Below are positions 33,133-45,639 of a stretch of DNA of 64,000 nucleotides, one piece after another. The notes under the pieces are model-generated. The model was not told the origin of the DNA. It saw nothing but the letters and a program-made list of their open reading frames with translations, and searched no databases. The DNA comes from Mytilus trossulus (lineage: Eukaryota), in the NCBI RefSeq assembly GCF_036588685.1, contig NC_086374.1, forward strand, positions 48,112,001-48,176,000, in the 5' to 3' direction. The position numbers and the translations under genes were made by a program. Numbering within the stretch: position 1 is the stretch's first letter; every line of letters starts with the position of its first letter.

Positions 33133-35969
33133 GAAAAAGTATCTACAGATAATCCACGAAAGTTCTGGGATGAGTTGAACAAATTGGGCCCGAAAAGGAA
33201 GAAAGATATACCTATGGAGTGTGATATAGGCGGTGGTAATATAACGTGTGATAGATCGGAAGTTTTACAGAAATGGGAATATGATTTGTCGAATTTGTAT
33301 AAAAAAGTAAATATGACATCTGATGATACATTTTACGCACATGCTATGTAACATGTTCCTGGAGCACAATATGTTATACACTCTTTTTGAGCCAAACGAA
33401 AAATTAAATGGAACGATTTTGATCGAAGAAGTGAAGAAGGTTTTTTTTAATTCTAAAGACGGAAAATCGCCAGGCATTGACCTGTTGCATTATGAAGTTT
33501 TGAAGAATAATAGTGTTATATCTGTGTTACATAAGCTATTTCAATTATGTTTCGAAACTACCTTCAGTATGGGGAAAGGCTATAATTCATCCAATTCCAA
33601 AATGTACACAATTAGATCAGAGAGTTCCATTAAACTACCGTGGTATAAGTCTGTTTCTGTAGTAGCTTAGTGTTACAATTCGGTTTTAAACAACAGATTG
33701 CAAAACTTTTTAGAAGAAAATGATTCAATTGTTGACGAACAGAACGGATTTCGAAAAGATCGACCATTTTGGACCATGTCTTTACATTAAACAGTATGAT
33801 TCAAAATCGGAAGTCAACCTTTGTAACTTTCGTTGATTTGCAGAAAGCATTTGACTTCGTTGATCTCAACTTGTTGCAGTACAAACTTAGATTGAATGGA
33901 ATAGATGGTTACATGTACAATGCTATATCCAGTTTATATGTTATCACTGAGTCTTGTGTGCGTGTAAGGGGACGACCATTTGATATTCTGGGGGGGGGGG
34001 AGGATTTTGAAAATAAATAACTCAGCCTTGATAATCACAAAAATAAATGGTTTGTTCTGTGGTAGTTTGAAAATAAATTACCTGACTTTCAATGTATTGA
34101 AAATAAATAACTCAGCAGGTCTATAGCTTATTGGGCCTTCAGCAGTTCCAAAACCCTGCAAACAATTTTTTTTTTCGTTCAGAAAATTATAAAATACTTA
34201 ATCCGATAATACCAATTGTCTTATAATATACTTATTACTATGTATTTGTGTTTCGTTTGTCCTGTCTCGCTATGTATTATCTTAAAATATTTGTATATAT
34301 TGTCCTCTTGTACACAAGTATGTGTCTGAGGTTATGAATGAAATCTTGAATCTTACAATTTCTGAAGGGGATGATCTACTAGTATTCTGATTAAATGGTA
34401 CACAATGACTTGACTATACATGTATTAATGGTTTGCCTTTTTTTAAATGGTTATTTGGATGGAGTGTTGTCTCAATGGCACTAACACCACATCTTCCTAT
34501 ATCTAATTATTCATAATTAACAAATATTTAAAAAAAATGTATGTTTTTCGAATATCATAAATATAGTGGTAAAAATGAATGATCAGTCCCTTGCTTTAAT
34601 GAAAATGAAAAACCTTGCTTCAAAAGTGCAGAAAATGAATAATCTGTCCTCTCAGTTTACAAAAATAAATAACCGATCAAAAACAAATCCTCCCCCCAGA
34701 ATATCAAATGGTCGTCGATTCCAAACAAACTGGTTCCCTTGTGTAAATGGTGTCCGACAGGGAGACAGCCTTTCGTCGACGCTTTTTTCGATCTTTATTA
34801 ATGACTTAGCTGTTGAGATTAAAAATTTAAACATGGGTATCCCGGTAGAAAATGAAAAAAAAACAGTATATTGTTGTACGCCGATGGTATTGCTTTAGTG
34901 ACTGAAAACGAACGCGATATGCAAGTTGTTCTTGACGTACTTAATAAATGGTGTGAGAAATGGAGATTAAACGTAAATAGTGCAAAATCAAGTGTTATGC
35001 ACTTCCGGAAAGGTCGAATTCAACGGACCAGTTCAACATTCAAAATTGGAATTGAACAACTACAAATCGTTAAGCAATACAAGTACCTGGGCGTTATTTT
35101 TAGCGAGAAACTTAAGTATACTGCTGCTGCGGATGCATTTGCCAAAGCTGGTGGTAGAGCACTTGATGCTGCCATTTACAAAGTTCATTCATACAAGGAA
35201 ATTGGATTTAAAACCTTTGAAACTGTGTTTATGTTTAACTTCTGTGTCAGCCCTGTTTTAGATTATTGCTCTGGTGTTTGGGGCTACAATACTTTTCATG
35301 GCATTGATATGATACAAAACCGAGCAGTACGATATTTCTGTGGTTTACATCGGTTTGCACCCACTATAGCATTAAACAGTGAACTTGGCTGGCTACCACC
35401 AACGCAAAGACATTGGTTAAATATGGTACGCCTATGGAACCGTCTCATTCTTATGAACGACGAGGGACTCACGAAAAAAGTTTTCGAGTGGGAGTATAAG
35501 AATAAGATATATGGACATCTTTAATAAACTTGGTTTAAGTAACCTCTATGAAACAAAACAAATAGTGGACGTACAAGAAGCTAAAGAAAAACTTTAATGT
35601 TATACTGAAAGTGAATGGAAATACAAATCTGCTTTATCACCGAAACTACGAACATTTGTGACCTTCAAAAAAAATTACGAACTAGAACAGTATATCACAT
35701 CAAATCTGTCTAAACAAGAACGATCGGCTCTTTCCCAATTAAGATGTGGGATTCTTCCTATACGCATTGAGACTGGAAGGTTCCGTTACGAAGCGCTACC
35801 AGAACGAAAATGTGTACTGTGTGAAAAGCAGGAGGTCGAAGATGAAAAACATTTTATGTTAAACTGTCCATGTTATGACAAACTTAGACAAAGGTTTCTA
35901 TCTATGGCCGCATTAGACAATTTTAGTGACAATAACGAAAAACTTATCCATTTATTGAAAAACTATCAA
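33133..35969 (+). pseudogene. LINE ORF2 reverse transcriptase and C-terminal zinc finger (frameshifted, interrupted by a MITE)
   Basis: DNPRKFWD, GKSPGID, EQNGFR, FVDLQKAFD, GVRQGDSLSSTLF, LYADG (YADD mutated), YKYLG, LRCGILPIRIETGR, CVLC..EDEKHFMLNC. Confidence 0.92.
33968..34716. mobile_element. PIF/Harbinger-like MITE with the right tip deleted
   Basis: TAA|GGGGACGACCATTTGATATTCTGGGGGG on the left and CCCCCCAGAATATCAAATGGTCGTC on the right. AAAATAAATAA subrepeats. Interrupts LINE SCVRV..FQTNWF. Confidence 0.8.
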
Positions 35970-37196
35970 GGCACTGGCTACGGTTACATGGAAATGTAAC
36001 AATAATAAAAATATTATTGTTACATAGGAGACTAAATGCCGGAATGCAAAGGCGGATAAGGAACTGATTAATTACGCATGTAACAATAATTACTGAGGCT
36101 ACGGTTACATGGCGTTATTGTTACATGAAAAACAGCAATCATTAAACTTAAATTTTGTATAGTTTTGTTGCCTTAATCTTGCATATGCACGAAATAATAC
36201 TTGTAATAATGATAAATAATAAATATTATCGTTAACAAATGGTGTTTAAATTGTTTTTTCTAACGTTTAAATGGTTTTGGTGTTTAAAGATACTATACTT
36301 TTAAAAGATAAGTAGTGCCAAAGGCGAAAATATAGACCAATGGTTTGTTGTTGAGAACTCGGGCTGAGAAAATTGTTCACTTAAAGTATTTAACTGCACA
36401 CCTACTCGTATAACTGTCATTATACAATGCACAATGGATGAAGAGATTCTTGTGACCAATTTTGTTGTGGGTGAAAAATTTAAAACTTGGGATTCGTTTG
36501 AAACAAAACTGAAACAATATCAAGACACAAATTTCATTCAGCTATACAAACGCAGTTCTAAAAAAAATTGATTCATCTATAACAAATTTTGCTAACTGTG
36601 AAGTACAATACTGTGAACTTCGGTATACATGTATCCACGAAGGACGTAATTTCGCTTCCAACCAAAATATTAGATGAGAACATAAACATTGCTCGAGTGA
36701 AAAAGTATTTCTCACCGGAAGCATGGCAAACATTAAAGGTTGCATTATCATCAAAAAGGGATATCGCAGAATGGAACTGTACAGTATGTGATACGGACGT
36801 TCACAGTGCGGCATCACTGGTGTGTGATGGCTGCCGCAGTTGGAGTGGTTTCACCAAAAATGTGTCGGACTCAGAAATGCTCCAAAAACCACTTACTGGA
36901 TATGTAGAAAATGTCATTGCAAATAAATAATTAAAGAATTTATATTTAATAATTGTATGTATTATAAATATAAAATAAATGTCTTTAATTTTTATTATCT
37001 AGTACATTTTAAAAGACCCATCGTATATTGCTGTTTTTCATGTAACAATAACGCCATGTAACCGTAGCCTCAGTAATTATTGTTACATTCGTAATTAATC
37101 GGTTCCTTACTCGACTTTGCATTCCGGCATTTAGTCTCCTATGTAACAATAATATTTTTATTATTGTTACATTTCCATGTAACCGTAGCCAGTGCC
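35970..37196 (+). mobile_element. Internally deleted Mutator-like element (MULE)
   Basis: ~170-bp TIRs starting GGCACTGGCTACGGTTACATGG and a perfect 9-bp TSD AACTATCAA. Coding remnants: FAR1/ZSWIM3-like N-terminus (VGEKFKTWDSFE..Y..LYKRSS..YTCIHEG) and a C-terminal PHD-like finger (WNCTVC..CDGCRSW..WICRKC). Confidence 0.9.
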
Positions 37197-37421
37197 AACT
37201 ATCAAATTCAAACTGCAAAATTTGTAAATTCGGCTTTTATTCATAGAAAAAACAACTTTACGTCTAATTCTGTATTTTTATTTTGTAAACTTTTACGTTT
37301 TCGGATATGATATTATATTGCTTAAAGTGACATATAGGTCCAATGGGCCGGGTGTAAATATCAAATTGCTTTGTATATAATTGTATAAATGTTTGTTGTG
37401 ATACACATGTCACTATAATAA

Positions 37422-37464
37422 TTACTTACTTACTTACTTACTTACTTACTTTCTTACTTACTTA
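37422..37464 (+). repeat. (TTAC)n LINE 3' tail
   Basis: Directly visible after the LINE 3' UTR. Confidence 0.9.
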
Positions 37465-38127
37465 CATGGTTCATTGGTCAATGTGTAGTTTTCTTGGTTA
37501 AGTCTATTTCTTAGAAACTAAAAGCTCAACTAGTATATTTAGTGTATTGCATGATTGGAAGGTGTACATGTATTTCATGTTTGGTTTATATGACCTTGAT
37601 CTCATTTTCTTGGATCATGTTAAGTTTATGTGATAGTTGTAGTAAGGCTTTATAATATAGAGGACTCAACAAAACATCAAGTTTTAGTAAAGAATGCAAG
37701 ACATTTCTCAGCCTGTGCACTCTTTGTTTTTAATCTGTTTTTCGAATACTGTTAGCAATAGGTCAACTATATTTTGGTGTATTGAATGATTGTAAGGTGT
37801 ATTGAATGATTGTAAAGTGTATATGTCTGTCTGCCAATTATCATCCGACCTTGACCTAATTTTCATGGTTCAATGGTTAATCTTAAGTGTTCCTAGTAGT
37901 TTAGTTTGTTTCTAAGATACTATAAGGGTCAACTAAATTTAACATTTGATGGTTGCTAGATTTCCATGTCTGTCAAACATCATTCATCTGTCCTTGGCCT
38001 AATTTTCACGGTTCATTGATCAATGTTAAGTTTTTCTGGTTTATGTTGTTTCTTTAATGGTCAATAGGTCAAATATATAAAAAGCATATTTGGTCTAGAC
38101 TATGGAATGTTTGTAAGATGTACATAT

Positions 38128-38532
38128 AAAAAAGAAGATGTGGTATGATTGCCAATGAGACAACTATCCACAAGAGACCAAAATGACACAGACATTAACA
38201 ACTATAGGTCATCGTACGGCTTTCAACAATGTGCAAAGCCCATACTACATAGTCATCTATCAAAGGCCCCGATATGACAATGTTAAACAATTCAAACGAG
38301 AAAACTAAAGGCCTTATTTCACAGGCACTTGTCTCAGAAAAAAAATTCCTATATACCTATATATCTTAATAGGATATAGGAAATTGTTTTCGGAGACGAG
38401 TGCCTGTGCCTTATTTGCATAAAAAAACATGAACGAAAAACAAATATGTAACACATAAACAAACGGCAACCACTGAATTACAGGCTCCTGCCTTTGGCCA
38501 GGCACATACATAAATAAAGTGGCGGTGTTAAA
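38128..38532 (+). mobile_element. Short interspersed repeat (AAGAAGATGTGGTATGATTGCCAATGAGACA family)
   Basis: Homologous copies at ~8900-9080 (reverse) and ~52512-52785. Class (SINE or MITE) not determined. Confidence 0.65.
38320..38408. mobile_element. 89-bp hairpin MITE, 8-bp TSD
   Basis: CACAGGCACTTGTCTC...GAGACGAGTGCCTGTG flanked by a perfect TSD CCTTATTT. Confidence 0.85.
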
Positions 38533-38793
38533 TGTATGTATTTCCAGTTTGGTGTATCTGACCTTGAGTAAAGTAAGTAAAGATGGCGAGACATTTCAGC
38601 GTGTGCACTCTTGTCGTAATTAGGCCTGTTTCTCATATACTATAAGTAATGTGCAAACTATATTTGATGTATGGTATGGTTGTGAACTTGTGAAGTGTTT
38701 TTATGTTGAAAGTGATGGTGGGTTATAAACCTGCTTAATTTGCCAGTTAAATGTCTTGTTAAGTTATTGTTCAAAGGGAGATATAACCAAATT

Positions 38794-38938
38794 CATTGGC
38801 GAATCCAGGGGAGGGTCCGGGGGTTGGAACCCTTTTTTTGGCCGCTCAATGCATTTGAATGGGGACATATAGTTGGAACCCCCTTCCCTTTGTCCTCGGT
38901 TGGGAACCCCCTTTTTTAAATGGCTGGATCCGCCACTG
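38794..38938. mobile_element. Small CA(G/T)TGGCGGATCCAG-type MITE
   Basis: CATTGGCGAATCCAG...CTGGATCCGCCACTG inverted termini. Confidence 0.7.
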
Positions 38939-39225
38939 AAATTTCTTTTCTTTAGATAAAATTCCATTTTATGTTCACATGTTGATGAAGCAAGACAAAT
39001 TATTCTTGAACAACATTTTCCAAGTATTTCCCTGTTAGTTTAATCTAACCCTCTAGGTTATACTAGTAATGTGGATGATGACTTACAAAGAATTAGTGAA
39101 TTTTAGATAAGATGAGTAAAACTAGACTTCATATGACTAGCTCCCTTCCAACTATAAATAGTGTTATTATAGTGCTTTGGGAAATTTATAATCATTGCTA
39201 TTTGATAAGAATATTTAAGTTTTAT

Positions 39226-40232
39226 ATTTTTTTGTGACCGCAAAAATTCAAAGAATTTTAGTCGTATATTTTGTATCGCATCTTCGGCACAGTTGGTAGC
39301 GTCGTCCGAAGACAGATGTCTTTTTGGATAATAACTTAAGTATAAGTAAATAGAAATCAATAAAAAAAAAACGCAATGTTTAGAACCACAAAAGAAAGGT
39401 TGGGATTGGTTTTGGGGGTTATGGTCCCAAAGGTGTACAAATTAGTGACCAAAAAAGGGGCCCAAATAAACATTTTTGTAGTTTTCTTTCAATAACTTGT
39501 GTTTAAGTATATAAATCTCTCTGAAATTATACCACAAGTTTCCATAATACAAAGAGGTGGTTATGCTGGGGTTATGGCTCAAATCATTTAGCAATTAGGG
39601 GGGAAACAAGGGTTTTCCTGGTTAAAGGACAAATAAGACAATTCAAAAGCAGTATAAGGGAGGTAATCCAATTTAATCTAAAGAATACTTTTATATATAT
39701 TTTTGATTACCTCCCTTACACTGCTTGAAAATTATGTATGCAAATGATGATAGTCTTGAGATGATAACTGTAACTTTATTTGTAGAAGTTAATATTAATT
39801 TTAATCATGACTGTATGTAATTCTATATTTTAATATTTTATGATGTATTTTAAAAACGATAAGATATTGTTGCAAATTCCATTAGAAATTTAAGTTATTT
39901 TGTGTTGGGGGGAAAGGGGGGGGGTAAATCAGAAATTGTAGGGGATACAAATTTTCTCATTTCAGATTTCAGAAATCAAAAAGAAAATTTCTGCGAATAT
40001 TTTTTTAAGGGGATTAATATTCAACAGCATAGTGTATTGCTCAAAAGCAAAAAAAAATAATTCATTAGACCATTCATTCTGTGTCAGAAACCTATGGTGT
40101 GTCAACTTTTTTTTATCACAATCCAAATTCAGAGCTGTATCAAGCTTGAATGTTGTGTCCATACTTGCCCCCAACTGTTCAGGGTTCGACCTCTGCGGTC
40201 GTATAAAGCTGCGCCCTGTGAAGCATCTGGTT
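39226..40232 (+). mobile_element. HINE/Helentron-like element (family 1, diverged copy)
   Basis: The 3' end TGCGGTCGTATAAAGCTGCGCCCTGTGAAGCATCTGGTT is the reverse complement of 9578-9620. Confidence 0.78.
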
Positions 40233-43200
40233 ATTGTTTGTCTTCCTAATGATTCATATATTAATTGAAATGCAATTTGTCAGTCCTATTATTTGGAATG
40301 AAAACAAAGAGCTAGAGCCATTTTCCCGTGAATTCTTTTCATTTGATAAGATAGGTAAAGCATGTTTTAAATAGCCAGATAGATGCTTATTATAGTACAT
40401 GAACATACGTCACATTATTTATTTTTATACCTTGAACCAAAAACAAGACCAAGACTATTGTTTTTTTTTATATTTACTTTGTTTAATTGTTAACCCCCTT
40501 TATACGCATAAGGTACCATACCACGTAACTTGTCAGACAAGCAAATAATATCGTACAAATTCAAATGGGATGCTGTTTTTCTCATTTTGAATATATTTTT
40601 TTTGTATGTTTATCTGTATTTATCTTTTAAGGTTTTATCGTCTATAAGATAAGAAAAGATAATATATATTTTAACCGGAGAACATCTTACATCCGTTGGT
40701 CATAGAACACCTTGTGTTACTAACACATGTTATATGGCCTTTTCTGGCATTTTAACAAATCGGCCCTTCGTTGTGATACAGATGCAATAGCTTCTTGATG
40801 CTTTACCTACAATCACGATTTGTAGTGTAATTGGTTTGTTCTGTGGTGTTGTTTTATTTTCTGATGACTTAGTTACCGGTGCAGGGACGGTGGTAAAAAT
40901 GTCATTAACAGTATCTGCACAGTTAGTGAATTTGCGACAAAATTGCTGCTGACTGCATTTGTAACACATAATCCCATGTTCAAAAAAGGTTTCGAAAAAT
41001 TGTTTTTTGTTGGTTTTGAAACTTGTATACAATGGCCTCATTTTAAGTTATGTGTATACACACGCAGCATTTGGGCTTCATTGCAATATAATAAATGCTC
41101 GTGTTATTGGTAATGTACAGGCACCTGCATCAGTTTGACGGCAGCTGTTCCTTGCATATATGTAATAAATGTAAACATTGAATAGAAAGTAAGTCAAGAG
41201 TATGGACAGTCATGAGAATGCACACAATAAACGATGCATTATTTTTTCTTTAATAAAATGATATACTAGTATACTATAAAGTCAAAATGAACCTTAAGCC
41301 AACATCCGAAAAAATATGATAGAAACATTAAAATTTAATATAACAACACAAAAAATGCAAAAAGTCTAAGCGAGATTCGAACCTTATCTTCACAACAGAC
41401 TTTGATTAGTAGTTATATGCTCTACTGATGGAGCCACGGCGACACCGTGCTGGGTTATGCTGTCTTATTTAGAAGATATAACAGTACAATTTAGCGTATT
41501 ACAAAGTTGTTTTTTATGTTATAAGGACACACCAAACCAATTTCATTTTTGAGGGAAAAAGTAGTATAAACTACAACAGTCACTTTTTTGTTGTTGTTTC
41601 AAATGTCCGTCTGGGGAGATTCCGTTTTCCCCACATAAATTCCGCATATTGGACTTGCATCCTTTTTTAGGGTCAAATTAACTATTTATCACACATATCA
41701 TAATACTAGTATATGTAAATCGGGATATTGATCAAAAAGCATTTTTATTTTTTGTTTTTATAGTAAATTCTATTCTGTCGGCACTTTTTGAAATTCACCT
41801 TTCTGTGAAAAAAAAACGACAAACTGGCCCTACCTCTTTAAAATTGAAAATGGAAATGGGAATGTGTCAAAGAGACAACAACACGACCAACGAGCAGATA
41901 GCCGAAGGCCACAACTCGGTCGTCAATTCCACACTTTTTGTCCAGCTTAGTTCTCGGAACTGAATGGACCATGCAATGTTGATGGAAGTTCAACTATAGC
42001 ATAATGTTAATCACCATGTGAAGTTTTGCACCTTACTTTGGAATTACAACTCCCTCTGTGTCTCTATTGTCCACGAAAAACATATCTCTTCGTCCATACC
42101 TCTTTTAAAAAGAGGAAGTATAATGATTGTTTTTTTGTCAAATTAGTAATTGATTTGACAATTCAAAGCACAATTAAATTAAAAAAAAAATTACCACTGA
42201 TTTTCAATTGTCATGTGCAGTTCAATTTGCAAGTAGATTTTGAAAACTCCAGAATATGCAGTTCATTGGTATAACAATCTTGTCATTAGGTTTGCTGATG
42301 CCACACTTTGATACTTAATTTATCTTGAGATGTTATACCAATCATATTGTTCAGATTACTACTTAAAAGGAAAATATTGGTGTAATTAATTACCACTTTT
42401 ATAAAATTCATGCAATTTGAATCATATATCAGTTGTACATTTAACCTTAATTGTTTAAAGTTATTGTGTCTTGATATTAAAAATATAAATCCAGTGGTGT
42501 TCCGTTCGGGTCTTTGTGATGGTTTTTTTTTACGGACGAAGTGACAGACAGGACAAAAAGGTCACAGCATGTGGTATAAAGCATACTGTATTGTATATAG
42601 GTAAAAGTCTATATTATTGAATTTTATTAACCAATAATACTTAGCAGTATGGAAAGTCATATACCTGGGACATAATATATTCAAACTTGCCGTTTACACT
42701 TTTAAAGAGCTGCACCACTTTCGCGGTGAACATATTATTCTTCCACTTTCCATATAACTTAACTATTAAAACAAAAATCTATTTCCAATCATCTTCAGCG
42801 GGTCCTGATAATTCAACCCATCATATAGCAAAAAAACATGTAAACAATGAAACATGCATTTCAATGGACCATGATTTAAAAAACGGTGGAAGATTGGTTG
42901 AACCCCAAATAAGCTTCAATGTAACTTGAGTTGCATGTTGCCTTATTAATGTCGATCTTCTTCACAACATATTTTTTTCAATTTTATCAGACGTTTTTGC
43001 AAACTGCAATAAGTTTAATGATCTGATGTCTTACTTAATCCAATATTTTACTTTTTTTTTTTATATAAATACAAGGATGATATGAATGGTATATTGCACA
43101 CCATTCCCTTTCTTCCCAGCAACAGAAACAAAAAAAAACAAGGTATTTAAAATTATTGCATGAAACACTTCTTTTAAAAAAAAAGTTGAATTTCTAAAAA

Positions 43201-43917
43201 GTGTACAATGTTTGTCCCACCAGAGAAGCGATCTAATTAAATTAGTTTTTTTTGTATACCGGGAAACTAAATTTCACAGCTGCATGTTTTTATTATCATT
43301 CCTATCAATTTTAATTTTGTAAACTCAGAGAATATGGCATTTGTTTTCTATGTGTATATATCTTTCCTCAATATTACCAATTATATGCATTGCAAAGGAC
43401 GATTCCTCGGACTTCAATATTTCAGTGGTAATATATGTTTATTCAAAATCATTTTATAATTCACTAATGTATTATTCAATTTGATGTAAAAAAAAATTGC
43501 TAAAGCTTTCTCTATTTTGTTGTTACATTGATTCGATCTTTTTTTTTTCTTCTTCGCATTTTATGATTAGAGTTGTCTTTCTTTGAGTAGTCACTTAGTA
43601 CTTTTCTGGGCACGGGAGGTAAAATGCGTACTAATTTATTTTGAATATAAATTATAATGGTTGAAGTTTCGAATTAAGAACAGTCATATCTTTGACTAGG
43701 GAACATTTGAAGTGCAGAGACGGTTTCCTAAGAATATTTGAAAAAGACTCCAACCCAAATCCCCTGCAATTCACGTTTTTTTCATTCCCTTTTTTCTGCA
43801 GACTTGATGAGATTTGAGCACTTTTTTTATTTTCAAGAATGTTGTCAAGCTGATTATAAACCTTTAACAGACATATTTTTGTGAACAATTCATTTATATA
43901 CGTGCTGTTTATCTCAA

Positions 43918-44548
43918 ACATCTACATCTACATCGCTATGTCGTTACTTGAAAAGGGTACTTCGACCCATCATGCACTCAAGTATAGTTTAACTTTTGAC
44001 GTCCTCCAACATGACAATAAACTTTCTATATTTACAACCAATGGTTCCAAAATTGTGCTAAAAATCTATATACAGGTGCAGGTTAAAAACATTTTATACC
44101 AGTATCGAGTGTCTGTGTTGCTAGCCACTACAGAGGAGCTTGGTGAGTATGGTCTTGAATTCCTCACTGCTCTCGATCTCTAATAGTTCATCTGGTAGTT
44201 TATTCCAGTCTCTGATGGTCTTAGGGAAAAAGCTGTATTTGTAGATATCTTTGTTTCGCCGTATTTGTACATATCTTTTAGTGTTCGGTTGATGGAGTCT
44301 CGACGTTCTTCTTGATTTTATAATGTGCGTTGGAATAGGTATATAGCAACTCTTTCATGGATGGCTTTATGAAAGAGCGTTATACGTGCTACTTTTCTTC
44401 TTATATCTAGTGGTGTTAGATTTAATTCTCTTAGAAGAGTTGTTACTGTTCCAGGCTCTCTTGCGTAATTGCTTTTGATAAAGCGTGCTGCACGGCGTTG
44501 GACCATCTCAATCGGATAAATATGTTTTTGTAGGTGAGGGTCCCAAAC
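43918..44548 (-). mobile_element. 5'-truncated LINE 3' end (CR1/RTE-X-like)
   Basis: Minus-strand WDPHLQKHIYPIEMVQRRAARF..RRKVARITLFHK and KYSFFPKTIRDWNKLP, with a (GATGTA)n tail. Confidence 0.8.
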
Positions 44549-45639
44549 ATCCCGTACTCTTGAAATCTTGAATATTTCGAGAGTGAATCAACACATAGTT
44601 TATGTATAAAGACTATATGGTCAATATAAAAGGAATCCTTGAAAACGATAAAAGGGCAAAAGTCTAATTTTCAGTTTAAAATCAAACTGAAGATGAGGAG
44701 CATTTTCTTATCAAGGGTTGCAAATTTAGAAGCGACTTGGGTTGGTGTGAGTTTTTTTTAAAATACATTTTGCCATGTTTCATCAAAGTAATAATTTAAA
44801 TATCAACATTTTTTGTCATTGAGATCGACAAATTGTTTTAGATTCATCTATGTAAATTAAGACTACGGGTTGATTTTAATTAAAATGTTCAAAGACTAAT
44901 GACTAAATTAATTTACTTCATATCATTTCACTGTACAAAAGTAGTATTATGTTTTCAAGTTTAATGTCACGTAATTAGATTTATTAATCAGTCTGCCGCT
45001 CCTCTAACTTTGATAAAAAAAATCTTTGCGCTAAATACAGAAGATTAAAAATATGTCACAATATGCTTTGGTTTCTGGCGGAGAGCTGTCTTATTAGCCT
45101 GGCAATCTCCTGCCGGAAAATTGCCCCTAATTTCTTTATTTTTTAGGAGAAAATAAATTACCGAACTCCAAGGAAAATTCAAAACGGAAAGTGAGTTTGC
45201 CAAAAAAAAAACACCAATTAATTAAAAGCAAACAAATGCATGCATGGTCAGAAATTCAGGCATCACTGTCATGAATGTCCCTAAGTAGAATTTAAAAAGC
45301 TCATCTGCAGTCCTTAGCATACACGTTATTCAAAAAGATATATTGTTTATTCGTATAATTATAAAGTTCATTGTAAACTTGTCTTACTCCAACTTAAAAA
45401 AAACACAACATAAACATTAAATCAGAAATCATTTTTCTCTAGTTTCTATGTTTATAGATTTTATATTATTTAAATTCTTCGGTCACATTGTATATATGAT
45501 TTTTTTCTATTCAGTTACGTGAATTAATTACTTTCCAGTATACTATTTTTAGATTTAATAGAACCCATAACACACATGCATTTTATCAATTAGTCAACAA
45601 GTTGTAAAATAGTATTGCCGAATAAATTATAATTCACCA

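Larger units (their letters stand above)
3946..37464 (+). mobile_element. Non-LTR retrotransposon (LINE, CR1/L2/Crack-Daphne-like), 5'-truncated in ORF1 and fragmented by five insertions or expansions
   Basis: Pieces at 3946-5796, 7611-7901, 33133-33967, 34717-35969 and 37197-37464 join into one ORF2. APE endonuclease motifs: HINVSGW, SVNETHL, GSGGVG, LGDFNSR, VDY, PDH. RT motifs: KSPGID, FVDLQKAFD, GVRQGDSLS, LYADG. C-terminal CxxC..H..C (CVLC..HFMLNC), then a 3' UTR and (TTAC)n tail. Confidence 0.92.
37465..38614 (+). mobile_element. 3' half of the HINE-like element split by the LINE
   Basis: The same tandem units resume. Ends GGCGAGACATTTCAGCGTGTGCACTCTTGT, as in 21148-22108. Confidence 0.68.

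Noticed and set aside
41368-41447. tRNA-like sequence on the minus strand (A-box-like TGGCTCCATCAGTAGAGC, B-box GGTTCGAATCT)
   Set aside because: No convincing cloverleaf or acceptor stem. At most a decayed tRNA-derived repeat.
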